A stretch of 27,435 nt of DNA from a virus (taxonomy: Duplodnaviria > Caudoviricetes), in the IMG/VR virus record IMGVR_UViG_3300016464_000475, positions 1 through 27,435 of that record; one strand, 5' to 3'. Shown here one piece after another: positions 25,729-27,435 of this stretch. Each line of letters starts with the position of its first letter. The first letter of the stretch is position 1. The position numbers and the translations under genes were made by a program. Under the pieces are notes generated by a model that searched no databases, was not told where the DNA came from, and saw only the letters and a list, made by a program, of their open reading frames with translations.

Positions 25729-26139
25729 TTACACGGTGCCAAGCCCTTGTGGCTTGTCAGCGGGTTTCGCAGCGGGGGGCACGGGTTGAGCAATGCCGGC
25801 GGCTTGGGCAGCAATTTGCATCGCAATTGCTTGTCCCAAGTTGCCGCCATACTGCTCAACCAGCGACGCTTGTTTGTCCATAGCGGTGTTGTCTACGTAG
25901 TAGTCATCACCGGTGTGGTTAAGAACAAGGGTTGCTGTCTCGCCTGCATATCGCGTGGTGAAGAACAGGGCTTGTCCCTTTTCATCTTCACGCAGAAATG
26001 CACCTTGGACATCGCGGTATTGGGTTAACTGCTCTGCAGTGCCCGATACAAGATAGACGAAGGTTAGGCGAGATGGTGCCCCGGGCGTTTTACCTGCTTT
26101 GCGGTAAGAACGCTGAAAGTTGATTGTTAAATTTTTCAT
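25729..26139 (-). CDS. hypothetical protein, paralog B
   Basis: 136 aa from MKNLTINF; shares YR..QG.FL.EDEKGQ.LFF.TRY.GE and MDKQA..V.QYGGNLGQA with paralog A. Confidence 0.85.
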   Translation of the reverse strand: MKNLTINFQRSYRKAGKTPGAPSRLTFVYLVSGTAEQLTQYRDVQGAFLREDEKGQALFFTTRYAGETATLVLNHTGDDYYVDNTAMDKQASLVEQYGGNLGQAIAMQIAAQAAGIAQPVPPAAKPADKPQGLGTV

Positions 26140-26163
26140 AAAAATTTGATAATTGATTTTCAA

Positions 26164-26196
26164 GGATATGTAGTATTAATCTATTTGCGAAGCAAA
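26164..26196 (-). promoter_or_regulatory. repeated phage promoter-like element, copy 1
   Basis: + strand GGATATGTAGTATT-N6-TTTGCGAAGCAAA. Confidence 0.7.
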
Positions 26197-26215
26197 GCGA
26201 GCGCGTAGCGCGAGC

Positions 26216-26246
26216 AAAAAAAAGAGTGGTTATAGCCACTCTTTTT
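26216..26246 (-). terminator. intrinsic terminator
   Basis: GAGTGGC-TATA-ACCACTC then T8. Confidence 0.75.
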
Positions 26247-26430
26247 CGCGCTCAAGCATAGCAAGTGTATTTCTATGCGCAGAGCATATGCCTTCAATGT
26301 GCGCTATACCTAGCGTATCATTGGGCTCGGTTTTCTTAACCACGTCAATAACATATTCCCAATGGGATATTTTATGACGGGTTAAAGAAATTAACACATC
26401 AAGGATGTAATCTGCAGATTTGTTTTTCAT
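26230..26430 (-). CDS. small hypothetical (early) protein
   Basis: 66 aa, flanked by its own promoter-like element and terminator. Confidence 0.7.
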   Translation of the reverse strand: MKNKSADYILDVLISLTRHKISHWEYVIDVVKKTEPNDTLGIAHIEGICSAHRNTLAMLEREKEWL

Positions 26431-26448
26431 AATTTTTAATTATGAACT

Positions 26449-26476
26449 ATATGTTGTATTCTCAATTGCGAAGCAA
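26449..26476 (-). promoter_or_regulatory. repeated phage promoter-like element, copy 2
   Basis: + strand ATATGTTGTATT-N5-TTGCGAAGCAA. Confidence 0.7.
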
Positions 26477-26502
26477 AAAAAGCAAAGGGTTAATCCCTTT
26501 GC
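26475..26502 (-). terminator. intrinsic terminator
   Basis: GCAAAGGG-ATTAA-CCCTTTGC then T7. Confidence 0.8.
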
Positions 26503-26747
26503 ATAGAGTATTTGTCCAAGGTTGCTTGTGTAAGTAAACCTTGGGCAATTGCTCGTTTCCCTGCTTCACCCAATAAGGGTGATACAGCGGCGAATGATAA
26601 ACCTGATATGTAATCAGGGCCATCATTGCTGCGGCGAGCGATAAGAGTGGGTAAAACACCGCCTTGTGCACAAAAGTACAAGTCGTGTTTTTTGTAACTT
26701 CCCAAGAAGTTGCAACATTTGCAATCGTGAATGTAAGCAGGTTTCAT
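26490..26747 (-). CDS. small hypothetical (early) protein
   Basis: 85 aa; HDC..C.FLG....DLYFC......IAR....G.DY.SG. Confidence 0.75.
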   Translation of the reverse strand: MKPAYIHDCKCCNFLGSYKKHDLYFCAQGGVLPTLIARRSNDGPDYISGLSFAAVSPLLGEAGKRAIAQGLLTQATLDKYSMQRD

Positions 26748-26764
26748 AATAGTATATTATGGAA

Positions 26765-26793
26765 GATATGGTGTATTACTTATTGCAAAGCAA
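26765..26793 (-). promoter_or_regulatory. repeated phage promoter-like element, copy 3
   Basis: + strand GATATGGTGTATT-N5-TTGCAAAGCAA. Confidence 0.7.
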
Positions 26794-26819
26794 AAAAAAG
26801 AAAGCCCGTTAGGGCTTTC
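26792..26819 (-). terminator. intrinsic terminator
   Basis: GAAAGCCC-TAAC-GGGCTTTC then T8. Confidence 0.8.
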
Positions 26820-26834
26820 ATAAGACTTTAATCC

Positions 26835-27170
26835 TTATATGCAAGGATAAGGATTAAAGTATCGCGTACCACGCCATTCTTGCAAAGACATGGTGTTGGT
26901 GCGTGACCACGCGTTGGGGTGATCTTTCTCAAAGGTCACCTCATCGGACCATTTATTGTAGCTTTTGAATAAAAGCTTATAATGGTCACGCGTGTCGTCA
27001 TCATTCTTGATGTTATGGTTCTTATGATAACGCGGGAAACGATCATCGTTTTCCAAAGGGCTAACATAAGTACCATCAAGAATAGCACTTGCAATTGCAG
27101 GATTGCTATGTGCGTTGATGACGTCTAATAAATCTTTTAACGCGATTTCAATTTTGATTGGTTCTACCAT
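26835..27170 (-). CDS. hypothetical (early) protein
   Basis: 111 aa ORF. Confidence 0.75.
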   Translation of the reverse strand: MVEPIKIEIALKDLLDVINAHSNPAIASAILDGTYVSPLENDDRFPRYHKNHNIKNDDDTRDHYKLLFKSYNKWSDEVTFEKDHPNAWSRTNTMSLQEWRGTRYFNPYPCI

Positions 27171-27205
27171 GATAAATTTAAATTAAGTGAAACTGATTTT
27201 ATTAG

Positions 27206-27234
27206 GATATGGTGTATTAACCCTTGCGTAGCAA
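27206..27234 (-). promoter_or_regulatory. repeated phage promoter-like element, copy 4
   Basis: + strand GATATGGTGTATT-N5-TTGCGTAGCAA. Confidence 0.7.
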
Positions 27235-27243
27235 AGAGAAGAC

Positions 27244-27432
27244 TTAATGTCTTCTCCTTGTTTTAAATGCTAGTTCTTCAAGTGCAGCGAAGAAGAATAG
27301 CAATGATGATACACCGAAGAATGTGCTAAGCACAGCTTTGGTGACGAACTCGGGAACAAACATAGTGTTCACGAGTCCTGTTAGACATCCTAGAAATAAG
27401 GATGTGTAACTAATAAAAACGAAGTTTTTCAT
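27244..27432 (-). CDS. small two-TM membrane protein
   Basis: 62 aa, hydrophobic. Confidence 0.6.
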   Translation of the reverse strand: MKNFVFISYTSLFLGCLTGLVNTMFVPEFVTKAVLSTFFGVSSLLFFFAALEELAFKTRRRH

Positions 27433-27435
27433 AAG

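Noticed and set aside
19630-25730. tRNA genes in the intergenic gaps
   Set aside because: No cloverleaf or T-loop GTTC(G/A)A consensus found by eye
2822-26028. Other + strand ORFs in the track (e.g. 21135-21590, 21697-22086, 23380-23664)
   Set aside because: Antisense shadows of well-supported minus-strand genes or RNAs, with no recognisable motifs
1-27435. Stop-codon reassignment as in some crAss-like phages
   Set aside because: Recognisable genes are full length under code 11 and coding density is high

Overview
AT-rich phage DNA, almost entirely coded on the minus strand. It most likely comes from a Bacteroidota-infecting phage that looks Crassvirales-related; this rests on gene content and Bacteroidota-type TAnnTTTG promoters, not on a database search. 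Left to right: a MoxR ATPase/vWA-metallopeptidase pair; a replication block (primase, SSB-like, Sak4/AAA_24, DnaB, DnaA-C HTH, UDG, NinB-like); an accessory block (SplB-like radical SAM, GroES-like, GT4 glycosyltransferase, ClpS, SF2 helicase, PP2C phosphatase, HNH, PcfJ); a DUF2828 (Ro60/TROVE-like vWA) gene; and small single-gene cassettes. Three non-coding signals stand out. (1) A ~390-nt structured leader upstream of DUF2828 carries 3-4 repeated Y-RNA-like stem-loops with covarying stems and a CAGCACURUA motif, a candidate undescribed protein + small RNA system. (2) A complete type-P1 twister ribozyme lies at 24603-24731. (3) A repeated promoter-like element contains N4-type GC[GNA]GC template-strand hairpins, and a cluster of strand-specific GA-mismatch ssDNA hairpins sits at 25355-25481.
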